From contig PNBI01000101.1 of the NCBI GenBank assembly GCA_003135935.1, forward strand, positions 1-60,370: a DNA stretch of 60,370 bases, given 5' to 3'. The position numbers and the translations under genes are program-made. Below are positions 27,611 to 36,424 of this stretch, in pieces. The notes under the pieces are model-generated. The model was given only the letters and a program-made list of their open reading frames with translations. It was not told the origin of the DNA and searched no databases. Positions within the stretch are counted from its first letter, which is position 1, and every line of letters begins with the position of its first letter. The stretch is from Methanomassiliicoccaceae archaeon (GTDB lineage Archaea; Thermoplasmatota; Thermoplasmata; Methanomassiliicoccales; UBA472).

Positions 27611-28039
27611 TTATTCAACTTCCTTGGGTTCCTTTGGGTTCTTGGGGGCATTGGCATACCCGGTTGAGAGCGGCGCCTGGAATCTTCCCACGTTCTCCCT
27701 GATGATGCCATATCCCTTTTGAGCGTGATCAGTTGGCAGTTTGTCCAGATCCAGCGATTCATCGCTGCCTTTGAGCTTGAGCCTGAGCTTTGATCGCAAT
27801 ACCCCCTTCTCCATTTCCACGCCTGCAATGTCTGAATAGCTATAATCAGTGTAATCCTTCTTCAACCTTGCAGCATGTGGATGCCGCAGAATTACCCTTT
27901 CATTCGTTACAACCATCGAATCGATGTTCATCTTGGGATGGAAGATTTTCTCTTTGATATACATCTCGACCTTTTCGTTCGGGCCGAGAATCTTCTTCAC
28001 ATCATCCGGTACTTCTTCAGATTCAGCCATTTCCATCAA
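27611..28039 (-). CDS. bacterial PH (bPH)-domain protein, soluble
   Basis: 142 aa. ILGPNEKVEMYIKEKIFHPKMNIDSMVVTNERVILRHP ... YSDIAGVEMEKGVLRSKLRLKLKG is a bPH-like pattern. Confidence 0.55.
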   Translation of the reverse strand: MMEMAESEEVPDDVKKILGPNEKVEMYIKEKIFHPKMNIDSMVVTNERVILRHPHAARLKKDYTDYSYSDIAGVEMEKGVLRSKLRLKLKGSDESLDLDKLPTDHAQKGYGIIRENVGRFQAPLSTGYANAPKNPKEPKEVE

Positions 28040-28043
28040 CCTT

Positions 28044-28376
28044 CTAATACAAACCTGGAATGAGGTTTGTGATCAATCCACTACCGTTCGTTAGCTCGCC
28101 AGCAAGATTTCTTCCTTTCTCAGTAAGACATAGCGAGAACGATTCGAGATCCCTTTCACGAGACGACAACTCGACCAATCCATCGCTCGACATCCTCTTT
28201 ATCAGGTTGCATATCTCAAGGTTCTCGAATTGGACCGCTGTCATGACAGAGCATTTCAATTCGTCATTCTCCTTAAGATAATCGAGGAAGGGTGCGAAGT
28301 ATGGATCGCTCTCTATGGAGAAGAGATCAAGATCGAAATGGGGCATGTGTTCAATCATTGCTTCAGAAGTTGGCAC
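28044..28376 (-). CDS. putative winged-helix (MarR-like) DNA-binding protein
   Basis: 110 aa. ICNLIKRMSSDGLVELSSRERDLESFSLCLTEKGRNLAGEL looks like a recognition helix plus wing. Only 4 nt separate it from the downstream bPH gene. Confidence 0.4.
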   Translation of the reverse strand: MPTSEAMIEHMPHFDLDLFSIESDPYFAPFLDYLKENDELKCSVMTAVQFENLEICNLIKRMSSDGLVELSSRERDLESFSLCLTEKGRNLAGELTNGSGLITNLIPGLY

Positions 28377-28716
28377 CTTAGTAGGTATAGCTTCCCCGCT
28401 GCTTAGGCGAGATTAGGGACAAAGTAGGCTGCAACGTCGGACACGATGTTTCGGTCCGATTGGTTTTCCACATATCCACTGGATGACCGGAAGTCTGCCT
28501 TTGTAAAAATGAGATGTTCCTTCGGCAACGAGGAAGCGCTCCGTCCAAAATCGAGTGAGCCCCGCGAAATCGCGTATCTAACATTACTCAGAACCGGAGT
28601 CAAGATCCATCAAGGCCGTTCTTTTCGACGCCTTTTGATATCCATTATCGCTATTGGCCATACCTGGATAGGCTGAAAGGACACAGCGGCAAGGCCAAGG
28701 TGCCCGGTTCAAGTTC

Positions 28717-28724
28717 TTATATTA
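28717..28724 (+). promoter_or_regulatory. TATA-like box (TTATATTA) for the nucleotidyltransferase-kinase gene
   Basis: The box is centred about 29 nt upstream of GTG 28750, which predicts a leaderless transcript. Confidence 0.4.
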
Positions 28725-28749
28725 CTCCCTCACACCTATTGGCGGAGAT

Positions 28750-30393
28750 GTGACTCTGAGCAGGCTCAAAGATGAGGAGAAGTCCAAGCTTCTCGTCCTT
28801 GCAGAATCCTTGGTACCCAAGGAGCAGATTCACTCTCTCTGCGCATATGGCTCAAAGGTCGCTGGGCTGGAAAAGCAAGACTCGGACTATGATATCATCA
28901 TTGTAACGAAGGACTTCGAAGGAAGTATACCGGACAAACCTGACCAGGCAGCGAAGAAATCCTTGCCAATCATAGTGGATGCAGCGGCTCTGCTCAATGC
29001 AGCGCAACGGCCTGCACTCGGGGAGTCAATAATTGGCAGATTTCTGAACGTTTACGAGCCCTTAATCAACGAGGAATACTTGCGGAAGGTCGAGGTCGAG
29101 TACAAGAAAAGGGTCATTGCTGAAGAGCTGATGGAGATCCAGTCCGACTATGGAGACTTCTCTTCGAACTTGATTATTCCGTATGAATACTTCCTCTTCG
29201 ATAGGTTGCACAAGCGGGCACTCGAATATCCAGGTGCGATCGAGAGCTTTGCCAACATCTATGGTGGCGACCTTAAAGTTGAGAACTTGGAGCTAACGCT
29301 TCGAGGTTTCCGCGACGGTGCGGAACTGCTCGCCTCTCAAGGGATAATAGAGAAGACCGAGGATTCGGTCAGGATCTTCAGGGACAGGAGGAAGCGCAAG
29401 AGCGCGCTTGCCATGCTATACAAAATGTATCCTTTGACGACACGGGGCGCCATCAAATATGCATTTCATACCTTAGCCAGCGGATTGGGTGTTGAGTCCA
29501 GAACCAGGCCCCTCCTCAAGTTGAGGTTCATCGACAAGATCAAGCCCATCGTCGAGCTCGACCGGCCCAACAAACTGCTGAAGCTTGAAGAAGGGGTCAT
29601 CTTTGACGATGCTAGTAAGGCTGTCGAAGAGATCGCGTTGCTGTCGGGGTTTAATTCCTCCTACGAATCCAAGGAGAAGAAGAAAGGCGACGTCACCAAT
29701 GCAAGCAAAGAGCTCGAGATCTGGGATGATAGCAAACGGGCGAAGTTCATACTCAAGCAGTTTCCGCAATTGAAGTCTGTCAAATGGGTCCTCCTCAACC
29801 TTTGGTCGGTCGCTGCCAAGAGGTTCAATATGAGCCCTCTTTCCAGGCTCAATAGGGAGGTCGAGGCCGTAAGGAGATTGCATGGATTGGGGATCAAGAC
29901 GCATCGCATAACCGGGATCATCTTGGGCGAAAGGACGCTGGTTACGGAGTATTTCGAGGGAGAGCCGCTCGACAAGTCCGTCCAGGAGATCACGGACGGG
30001 AAGAGCACCGATACTAGTGATATCAAGAAATATGCGCAGATTCTGGGCAGGCTCCACAAGGCCGGCTTGGTGTATGGAGATACCAAGCCGCAGAACGCGC
30101 TAGTCGGCAAGGACGGAATCTACCTACTGGACCTGGAACAGGCAGTGGAGAGAGGGGACAGGGCATGGGACCTCGCCGAGTTCCTCTACTATTCTGCGAA
30201 GGTCGCAAAAAAGGGGGAAGGAATGAAGCTGGTGGCCGAATCCTTCCTTTTGGCCTATCGTTCAGAGAATGGCTATCAGGTCATCGCGAAAGCAGGGAAC
30301 AAGAGATACCTCACCCCGTTCCTGATCTTCCTTAAGCCAGAGATGAGAAAGGTGGTAAGAGACGCAATAGCAGACTACTCTGTACCTGAATGA
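28750..30393 (+). CDS. fusion protein: N-terminal minimal nucleotidyltransferase (MNT-like) domain + C-terminal RIO/Bud32/Kdo-kinase-like protein kinase domain
   Basis: 547 aa. The N-terminus has CAYGSKVAGLEKQDSDYDIIIV (GS...DxD NTase motif). The C-terminus has FILKQF (Lys), REVEAV (Glu), TEYFEG (hinge), LVYGDTKPQN (catalytic loop) and LLDLEQA (DFG-equivalent). Confidence 0.7.
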   Translation: MTLSRLKDEEKSKLLVLAESLVPKEQIHSLCAYGSKVAGLEKQDSDYDIIIVTKDFEGSIPDKPDQAAKKSLPIIVDAAALLNAAQRPALGESIIGRFLNVYEPLINEEYLRKVEVEYKKRVIAEELMEIQSDYGDFSSNLIIPYEYFLFDRLHKRALEYPGAIESFANIYGGDLKVENLELTLRGFRDGAELLASQGIIEKTEDSVRIFRDRRKRKSALAMLYKMYPLTTRGAIKYAFHTLASGLGVESRTRPLLKLRFIDKIKPIVELDRPNKLLKLEEGVIFDDASKAVEEIALLSGFNSSYESKEKKKGDVTNASKELEIWDDSKRAKFILKQFPQLKSVKWVLLNLWSVAAKRFNMSPLSRLNREVEAVRRLHGLGIKTHRITGIILGERTLVTEYFEGEPLDKSVQEITDGKSTDTSDIKKYAQILGRLHKAGLVYGDTKPQNALVGKDGIYLLDLEQAVERGDRAWDLAEFLYYSAKVAKKGEGMKLVAESFLLAYRSENGYQVIAKAGNKRYLTPFLIFLKPEMRKVVRDAIADYSVPE

Positions 30394-30439
30394 TATCGTT
30401 GAGTCGACGGCAAATCAGTTAGATCGGATGGAATCGCTT

Positions 30440-31165
30440 CTAAGCGATCACTTTTCGGATCTTGATCTCCTCTCCCTTGAAGGTGAATAACTTCGGCTTT
30501 CCGCCCATAAGCTCGACATAGGTGTTGTTCGGGCTTTCACCGTCGACCCATGAACCGGAGTTAACGACATTCTCCTCCGAATTGATGAAAGGTTGATGCG
30601 TATGGCCAAAAACGATTATCTGTCCTGGTTTGCCTCGAACTTCATCAAGGGCGCGCTTCTGAATGTCCTCTATAAGGTCCTTGAGCCTTTCCTGGGGCTT
30701 CGCATGGAAGTTGCCAGCGATCATCAGGAGGGAATCGGACATGACGTGGCAGTACACCTCCATTATCGGCTTCATGAATTCCAGCTCGCCTCCATATTCG
30801 AACTCGTAGCCATGCATGAACCGATAGGTATGGGCGCCATCCTTCAGCTCCAGGCTTTCCGAGAACTCGAATGGATAATGGTAATGAGGCGCTCGGTTCT
30901 TCAATCTCAATAGATGGTAGTCATGGTTGCCAGCGACCCAATGCACTTTGATCTTGCTTTGCAGTTCTCTGATGATCCTAATCGTGTCCAGGTTCTCCAG
31001 GAAAATGCCAGAAGCATCCCTATGCCACATGTCCACGATGTCTCCCAGGAGTACCAGGTCGGTCAACTTCTTGTCCTCATGAAGCGAATCAAGGAACTCG
31101 ATGAACGCGGGTTCGTTGCTTTTCTCAGCGCCAAGGTGGATGTCAGAAACTGTAATGATCTTCAC
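30440..31165 (-). CDS. metallophosphoesterase (calcineurin-like, LpxH-like)
   Basis: 241 aa with VSDIHLG, LLGDIVDMW, GNHDY and GHTH motifs. Confidence 0.85.
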   Translation of the reverse strand: MKIITVSDIHLGAEKSNEPAFIEFLDSLHEDKKLTDLVLLGDIVDMWHRDASGIFLENLDTIRIIRELQSKIKVHWVAGNHDYHLLRLKNRAPHYHYPFEFSESLELKDGAHTYRFMHGYEFEYGGELEFMKPIMEVYCHVMSDSLLMIAGNFHAKPQERLKDLIEDIQKRALDEVRGKPGQIIVFGHTHQPFINSEENVVNSGSWVDGESPNNTYVELMGGKPKLFTFKGEEIKIRKVIA

Positions 31166-31226
31166 ATAACTCCCAATGGAACGATTCTAACTCGGAATAT
31201 ATAACCTAGTTGAAGAAGTGGTCAGA

Positions 31227-31540
31227 TCAAGCCCGTTTCGTCGACTCCTCGATCCAATCCAGATATGGCTGATAGCCGTCAGCGATGTCCTCCTTGATGA
31301 TGCAGGGAATCTCATCCGGATGCATGGAGCGGATCGATTCAGCCACAAAATGAAAATCTGATGAGCGTATCTTCAAGAGCAGGACCCACTCGTCGCTATT
31401 CTCGATCTTGCCCCTCCATCGGTAGGTCGATCGGCAAGGGAAGAAGTTGGCGCAAGCGGCCAATCTCTTCTCCACCAGCTCAGCGCCTACGACGCCGCAA
31501 TCTCCTCACTCGGGGCTGTGACAAAGACCGTTGCGAACAT
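31227..31540 (-). pseudogene. cutA: cutA (divalent-cation tolerance protein CutA1) interrupted by a 1-nt frameshift near the 5' end
   Basis: Track ORF 31227..31475 encodes the CutA core (EKRLAACANFFP.RSTYRW.GKIE...HPDEIPCII). It lacks the first beta strand. That strand is encoded upstream as ATG-MFATVFVTAPSEEIAAS-stop in another frame. I cross-checked the nucleotides against the translation of the overlapping plus-strand track ORF 31361..31708. Confidence 0.6.
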
Positions 31541-31549
31541 TTTCTTGGA

Positions 31550-31861
31550 TTACGAATGTTCCATTTGATAGTCCAATTCGATCTTCTTCTGTATCTCTTC
31601 CCAATTCAGCATTTGAAATGGGATCAGGGTTTCTGTCTTCTGCACATATGGCAGCAATCTGATTTTCAGGATCCTGCTGTCGATGTCGTGCGCATTCCCC
31701 GTCAGTGAGATGACAAAGTCGAAGTTGCCATGCACGAAATCCACCCTCTCCACCTTGGAGTCGGTTATCAACCTCTTCGACACAACCTCGTTGGCGAACT
31801 CCTGCTCCATGCCTGGTTGGATTGCGATAAGCACGTAGGCGCGACCATTGTCGTTATCCAC
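31550..31861 (-). CDS. Lrp/AsnC ligand-binding (RAM) domain protein, no HTH
   Basis: 103 aa. AYVLIAIQPGMEQEFANEV......V..VDFVHGNFDFVISL is the typical stand-alone RAM domain pattern. Confidence 0.65.
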   Translation of the reverse strand: MDNDNGRAYVLIAIQPGMEQEFANEVVSKRLITDSKVERVDFVHGNFDFVISLTGNAHDIDSRILKIRLLPYVQKTETLIPFQMLNWEEIQKKIELDYQMEHS

Positions 31862-31944
31862 AGTACACCACCGTGAATAATCTAGTATGGAATGGGTTAA
31901 TATCGATTTCTATAGAAGCGGGCAAAATACCGAAACGACCAAGG

Positions 31945-32261
31945 TCATGTCAGCCTCCTGCCACAATTACCACAGAACTGCATGCCCTCCACTGAAGCTC
32001 CGCAGCCCGGGCATCGAGTCGGACCCGACTGAGGTTGCATTCCGCCTGCATTGTTGGCAAGGAACCGCCATCCGGCGTCGACAGCGTTCTGCCACGACTC
32101 ATAAAGACGAATGCGCGACAATGCCGGCCATTGCAATAATCCCAACGATGAGGATTACGATCCACAAGGGCATCTGGCCTGAGCCAATTGCGTTCGTCGC
32201 CGACGCCGCTGTCCTTTTGATTGAACGAATTCACATTGGCAGATTCATTGGCATATGGCAT
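31945..32261 (-). pseudogene. possible decayed gene for a TM + C-terminal zinc-ribbon protein (pieces in three frames)
   Basis: Frame a encodes MPYANESANVNSFNQKDSGVGDERNWLRPD. Frame b encodes PLWIVILIVGIIAMAGIVAHSSL, a TM helix. Frame c is track ORF 31945..32145, ending CPGCGASVEGMQFCGNCGRRLT. Confidence 0.3.
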
Positions 32262-32365
32262 GCGTTAACCGAATTGGAAGAATGAGCTTCTTTGGCCTTG
32301 GTGTGTTTTATTACCGCCTTTCTCCAATGCCATCTAATAACAATCTCGATAGTTGATGTGATACA

Positions 32366-33301
32366 TTGGGCCAAACCCGTGAGATATCGTGCGAGGGCAT
32401 TACCAAGGTATACGATGGCAACAAGACCGCTTTGTCATCGATAGATTTCGCCATACCTGCTCATGGCATCTTCGCCGTAATAGGTCGGAACGGCGCAGGC
32501 AAGACCACATTGGCCAGGATACTCTCGACCCTACTCGAACCAACCTCGGGGAAAGCGACCATCGACGGCCTGGACGTGATGGCTGATGCAAATAAGCTCC
32601 GGGAACGGATGGCTGTGGTGCCCCAGGAGGGAAGAACGGTCGCTTGGATGACGCCTGTTCAGACCGTCTCCGCTTATCTGTTGTGGCGAGGCATCAGCTA
32701 CAAGGAATCTCTCAAACGGGCAGGGGAAGCTGTCGCCCGTGTAGGTCTGGAGGATCAAGCGGACCGCTTGAATCGGACTCTTTCGGGCGGGATGAAGCGC
32801 AAGGTTCTGGTGGCGATGGTTCTCGCCTCCGATTCCGAGTTCATTTTCCTCGACGAGCCTAGCACCGGTCTCGATCCCATCTCCAGGCAGCAACTGTGGC
32901 GGCTCTTGATCGAACTGGGGAAGGACCGGTTCGTCCTGCTCACCACCCATTACCTGGAGGAGGCGGAGCGCGTCGCTGACCGCATCGGGATCCTCAATAA
33001 CGGAAGGCTGATGGCCATCGGCAATATGCCTGAGCTGCGGGGGCGGCTTGAGCACCAGTATAGCCTCAAAGTGCCTGCGGGACTAGACCTTCAGGTCAAG
33101 GTGGGAGAGACCGTGGATCTGGAGAACGGCCAATTGCAAGTACTAACAACGCAGGACGAGGCCTTGAGAATATCCAAGAACCTGATCGAGGCAAAGGCCC
33201 AGTTCTCGGTGAACCCGATCACGCTGGACGACATCTTCACCTACACGGTCGGCAGCATCGACGCGGAGGTCAGGGAGGATAAGGAGGCGGACGAGGAATG
33301 A
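32366..33301 (+). CDS. ABC transporter ATP-binding protein (ABC-2 exporter type)
   Basis: 311 aa with GRNGAGKTT (Walker A), LSGGMKRKV (signature) and IFLDEPSTGLD (Walker B). Confidence 0.9.
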   Translation: MGQTREISCEGITKVYDGNKTALSSIDFAIPAHGIFAVIGRNGAGKTTLARILSTLLEPTSGKATIDGLDVMADANKLRERMAVVPQEGRTVAWMTPVQTVSAYLLWRGISYKESLKRAGEAVARVGLEDQADRLNRTLSGGMKRKVLVAMVLASDSEFIFLDEPSTGLDPISRQQLWRLLIELGKDRFVLLTTHYLEEAERVADRIGILNNGRLMAIGNMPELRGRLEHQYSLKVPAGLDLQVKVGETVDLENGQLQVLTTQDEALRISKNLIEAKAQFSVNPITLDDIFTYTVGSIDAEVREDKEADEE

Positions 33302-34038
33302 GCCGGCTGGGAAGCCAGATACTGGCATCTATCCTTGTGAACGCGGTCTACGAGATGAAGAACTATCCCGCGGTCCTTGTCATCACAGTCCTATCCCCAC
33401 TTTCCTTTCTCACTTTGATCTTCTTCATCAGCGGAGGAACGCTGCTAGCCGTCGGGATCGTGGGCGGGCTCATAATGACTATGTTCTCAGCCGGTACATC
33501 GCTCCAGGCCGACCTGTCTCATCTGAAGAACGACTTCAAGCTCCAGGACATGGTGGTGGGCTCGCCGACGAGCGCCTCAGTCTACGTCACCGGGATGGCG
33601 CTATCGGAACTGATCTACACCTCACCCGCTTTGGTCATTTTGGCATTATTGTTCGGACTGTTCGTGCACGTGGAGCTCGTCATGGTCCTGGGGATCGTCA
33701 TCGTCATGTTACTGATGTTCCTCACGTCGATTTCGCTTGGATTCGCTTTCGCCACATTCTCATCGGACATAGTGCAGAGCTTCGCGTTCACTCGTTTGCT
33801 CTCCCTGCTATTCACAACCCTTGCACCGGTCTATTATCCAATCACCCTAATACCGATGCCGTGGAGATACCTGGCATATCTCTCGCCCACGACCTATGCG
33901 GCCGAGATCGGGCACGACCTCATCGGATTCCTGAGCCTCTCAGCGGACATGCTCATAATCGATTGGGTGGTCCTCTTGGGCCTCACCATCATATTCCTCT
34001 GGGTCGGGACGAAGAAGGCCAGATGGAGAGAGAAGTGA
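33298..34038 (+). CDS. ABC-2 type transporter permease
   Basis: 246 aa with about 6 hydrophobic helices and a 4-nt overlap with the upstream ATPase gene. Confidence 0.8.
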   Translation: MSRLGSQILASILVNAVYEMKNYPAVLVITVLSPLSFLTLIFFISGGTLLAVGIVGGLIMTMFSAGTSLQADLSHLKNDFKLQDMVVGSPTSASVYVTGMALSELIYTSPALVILALLFGLFVHVELVMVLGIVIVMLLMFLTSISLGFAFATFSSDIVQSFAFTRLLSLLFTTLAPVYYPITLIPMPWRYLAYLSPTTYAAEIGHDLIGFLSLSADMLIIDWVVLLGLTIIFLWVGTKKARWREK

Positions 34039-34096
34039 ATTCTAATCAGACCTGAGCATATAGATTCTATATTGCTATCCATTGGTTATCGTAATC

Positions 34097-35566
34097 TCAA
34101 ACATGGCCCTTGTCTCTCTTTTCGTGGCCCATGGCCCTCTTCTCCTTCCCCCGCAGGATGGAGAGAACAAAGGCGACCATGAGCAGCAAGATGGATACCA
34201 GCATGGCCGATCGCATGCCGTCGATGAAGGCGGTGGCCAATGGCCCGCTTATCCCTTCACCTACGCCCAGGAAGATCTGGAAGGCGAGGTCGCGGGGAAT
34301 GGCTATTGAGGCGAAGAAGATAGCCACTGCGAAACTGCAGACCATGCCTAGGTTCGACATGGTTCTCAACAGCCCAGCGCTGATCCCGTATGAATGAGGC
34401 GGGGCATTGGCCATCACTGCGCTGGTGTTCGCTGGGAAGAAGGTACTTGTGCCCGCCCCGCTGAGGACCGAGCCGAGGACCACGATTAGCACTGACGTGT
34501 CCAAGGCAAGCGTCGAATAGACCAGAATGCCACAGATCTGTAGGAGAAGCCCAAGCGATGCGATCACCCGCGCTCCCTTGTAGTCGGACAACCTGCCCGA
34601 GAACGGTGCTATTAGTCCGCCTAGAACGTAGCCTGGAATCAGAAGGAGTGACGCGTCCCAGGGGGTCATCCCCCGAGGCCCTTGAAGGTACATTATCACC
34701 AGGAAGATCACCGCATAGCTTGCCAGGGCCTGGAAGAAAGCCGCCAAAGAGGATGACCGGAAAATCCTGTCCCTGAATAGTGAGAAATCCAGGAAGGGAT
34801 TGGAGGCATACCTCTCCCAAAGGAAGAAGGCGATCAGGGCGACCAATCCAGCCACAAATTCGATACCGTATTCGGTTGTCAATCCAGAGCCAGTGATATC
34901 GGTTATGGCCACCAGGATCAGCAGCAGGCTGGTTCCCATGAGAACTATCCCACCAAGGTCGATGGTTTGTCTCTTCCTAGGAGATCGCTCCTGCAGGAGA
35001 TAGTATCCGGCGATGGTCGCGAAGATCCCGATGGGGATGTTGATGAAGAAGATGTAGCGCCAGGTCAGGAAGGTGACGAAGAACCCGCCCACCAGGATGC
35101 CCAGCACCGCGCCGATCGACCATCCCATGCCGGTAATGCCGAACGCCTTCCCCCGCTCCCTCTGATGGAATGTGTCTGCGATGATCGCCCCACTGTTGGA
35201 GGAGATGAAGGCGCCCCCGACCCCCTGAAGCACTCGGAAAGCGATCAATTGGGTGCCATCCTGCGATAAGCCGCAAAGCAGCGAGCCGAAGGTGAATAGG
35301 GCAAACCCAAGATTGTACATGCGGACCCGTCCGAACATGTCCCCAAGCTTGCCCACCTGAGTGCCAAGAATGGTAATGATCAAGAGATATGCCAGCAGGA
35401 CCCAGATCATGCTCAGGATGTCGGTGTTGAGATCCTGCTTCATCACTGGGAGGCCCAATACAACCGCAGTGGTATCGATCGCGCTCATCGTGACGCCCAG
35501 CATGATAATCACGATTGCAACGGTGCGGTACTTCTTCTCCTTCGGAGAGTGCGGAGCCTCAAGCAT
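34097..35566 (-). CDS. MFS transporter, DHA2 (EmrB/QacA-like, 14-TMS) family
   Basis: 489 aa with the motifs GKLGDMFGRVRMYNLG and LQGVGGAFI, and many TM helices. Confidence 0.85.
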   Translation of the reverse strand: MLEAPHSPKEKKYRTVAIVIIMLGVTMSAIDTTAVVLGLPVMKQDLNTDILSMIWVLLAYLLIITILGTQVGKLGDMFGRVRMYNLGFALFTFGSLLCGLSQDGTQLIAFRVLQGVGGAFISSNSGAIIADTFHQRERGKAFGITGMGWSIGAVLGILVGGFFVTFLTWRYIFFINIPIGIFATIAGYYLLQERSPRKRQTIDLGGIVLMGTSLLLILVAITDITGSGLTTEYGIEFVAGLVALIAFFLWERYASNPFLDFSLFRDRIFRSSSLAAFFQALASYAVIFLVIMYLQGPRGMTPWDASLLLIPGYVLGGLIAPFSGRLSDYKGARVIASLGLLLQICGILVYSTLALDTSVLIVVLGSVLSGAGTSTFFPANTSAVMANAPPHSYGISAGLLRTMSNLGMVCSFAVAIFFASIAIPRDLAFQIFLGVGEGISGPLATAFIDGMRSAMLVSILLLMVAFVLSILRGKEKRAMGHEKRDKGHV

Positions 35567-35698
35567 TGAAGGCCGGGGACGTTCGCCCCTTCCTATATCC
35601 TTTGCGATGGAATGCGAGTTCGTTGGGTGCTTCGAAGAAGAAAAGGTCGCAGTCAGTAAATACCAAGTCTAACCCTATTATCACGCACTGGTGGACTG

Positions 35699-36025
35699 AT
35701 GAAGAGCTGCGTATTGCTGATGAAACTGCCATGCACCGAGGGCGAATCCTGGCGCATCGGGGAGGCCATCCGGGCCAAGGGAGACTCCCTTTTCCTGCTC
35801 GGCGATGCAGTAGCCATCTGCCGAAAGGAATACCGCGGGCATGCCGCCTCCATTGTGAGTAGCGTATTGAGCAAGGGCGCAAAGGTGAACGCGAGCGCCA
35901 GGGACCTCCGCGCTCGGGGCATCGAGGCTTCGGAGCTTCCTGAGGGGGTCAAGGTCATCGAAGATATCGAGGGTGATTTCATAGATGTGACGATGGACCA
36001 AGCAGATCGGGTGATAGCGTGGTAG
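35699..36025 (+). CDS. DsrH/TusB-like sulfur-relay protein
   Basis: 108 aa with LFLLGDAV, ARDLRARGI and the C-terminal FIDVTMDQADRVIAW. Compare E. coli TusB LLLLQDGV, EDLIARGL and FVRLTVKHPSQMAW. Confidence 0.7.
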   Translation: MKSCVLLMKLPCTEGESWRIGEAIRAKGDSLFLLGDAVAICRKEYRGHAASIVSSVLSKGAKVNASARDLRARGIEASELPEGVKVIEDIEGDFIDVTMDQADRVIAW

Positions 36026-36423
36026 AGAAGAAGACGCTGACGATCATGCTAGCTTCAGCTCCACTCGGTAGCCAATATGCGGACCACATGTGCCGGGTCG
36101 CCCTGCGGGCGCTGGAGAAGGGACATGAGGTGGAGATATTCCTTTATGGGGATGCGGTCCATGCGCAGATGAACCATCAATCCCCAAAGCTCTTCTTCCC
36201 CGTGGGGGAGAAGCTTAAGGAACTGGTCGTGAAGGGAGCTAAGGTCTACAGCTGCGAGATCTGCTCTGTAGCTCGGGGCTACATTTCCGGTCAGCTGACG
36301 CCTGACGGCAAGAAGGACTACTCCTCCACCAAAGTTCTCGACGGCATTCAGTTCACTACCATCTTCGGCTTCGTTGAATCGCTGGCTAGGGCGGACAAGG
36401 TGCTCTCGTTCGGAGGCGGGTAG
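36019..36423 (+). CDS. DsrE/TusD-like sulfur-relay protein
   Basis: 134 aa with a GTG start overlapping the upstream stop. Motifs are LTIMLASAPLGSQ, IFLYGDAV and VYSCEICSVARG (the conserved Cys region). Confidence 0.75.
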   Translation: MVEKKTLTIMLASAPLGSQYADHMCRVALRALEKGHEVEIFLYGDAVHAQMNHQSPKLFFPVGEKLKELVVKGAKVYSCEICSVARGYISGQLTPDGKKDYSSTKVLDGIQFTTIFGFVESLARADKVLSFGGG

Positions 36424-36424
36424 C

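Noticed and set aside
28377-28749. A 370-nt divergent intergenic region has three overlapping 66-76-aa ORFs on both strands and some GC-rich stems. I considered whether it encodes an ncRNA or a small gene.
   Set aside because: The ORF translations look non-proteinaceous. I could not fold or match any known RNA family by eye, and the region is better explained as two divergent promoters.
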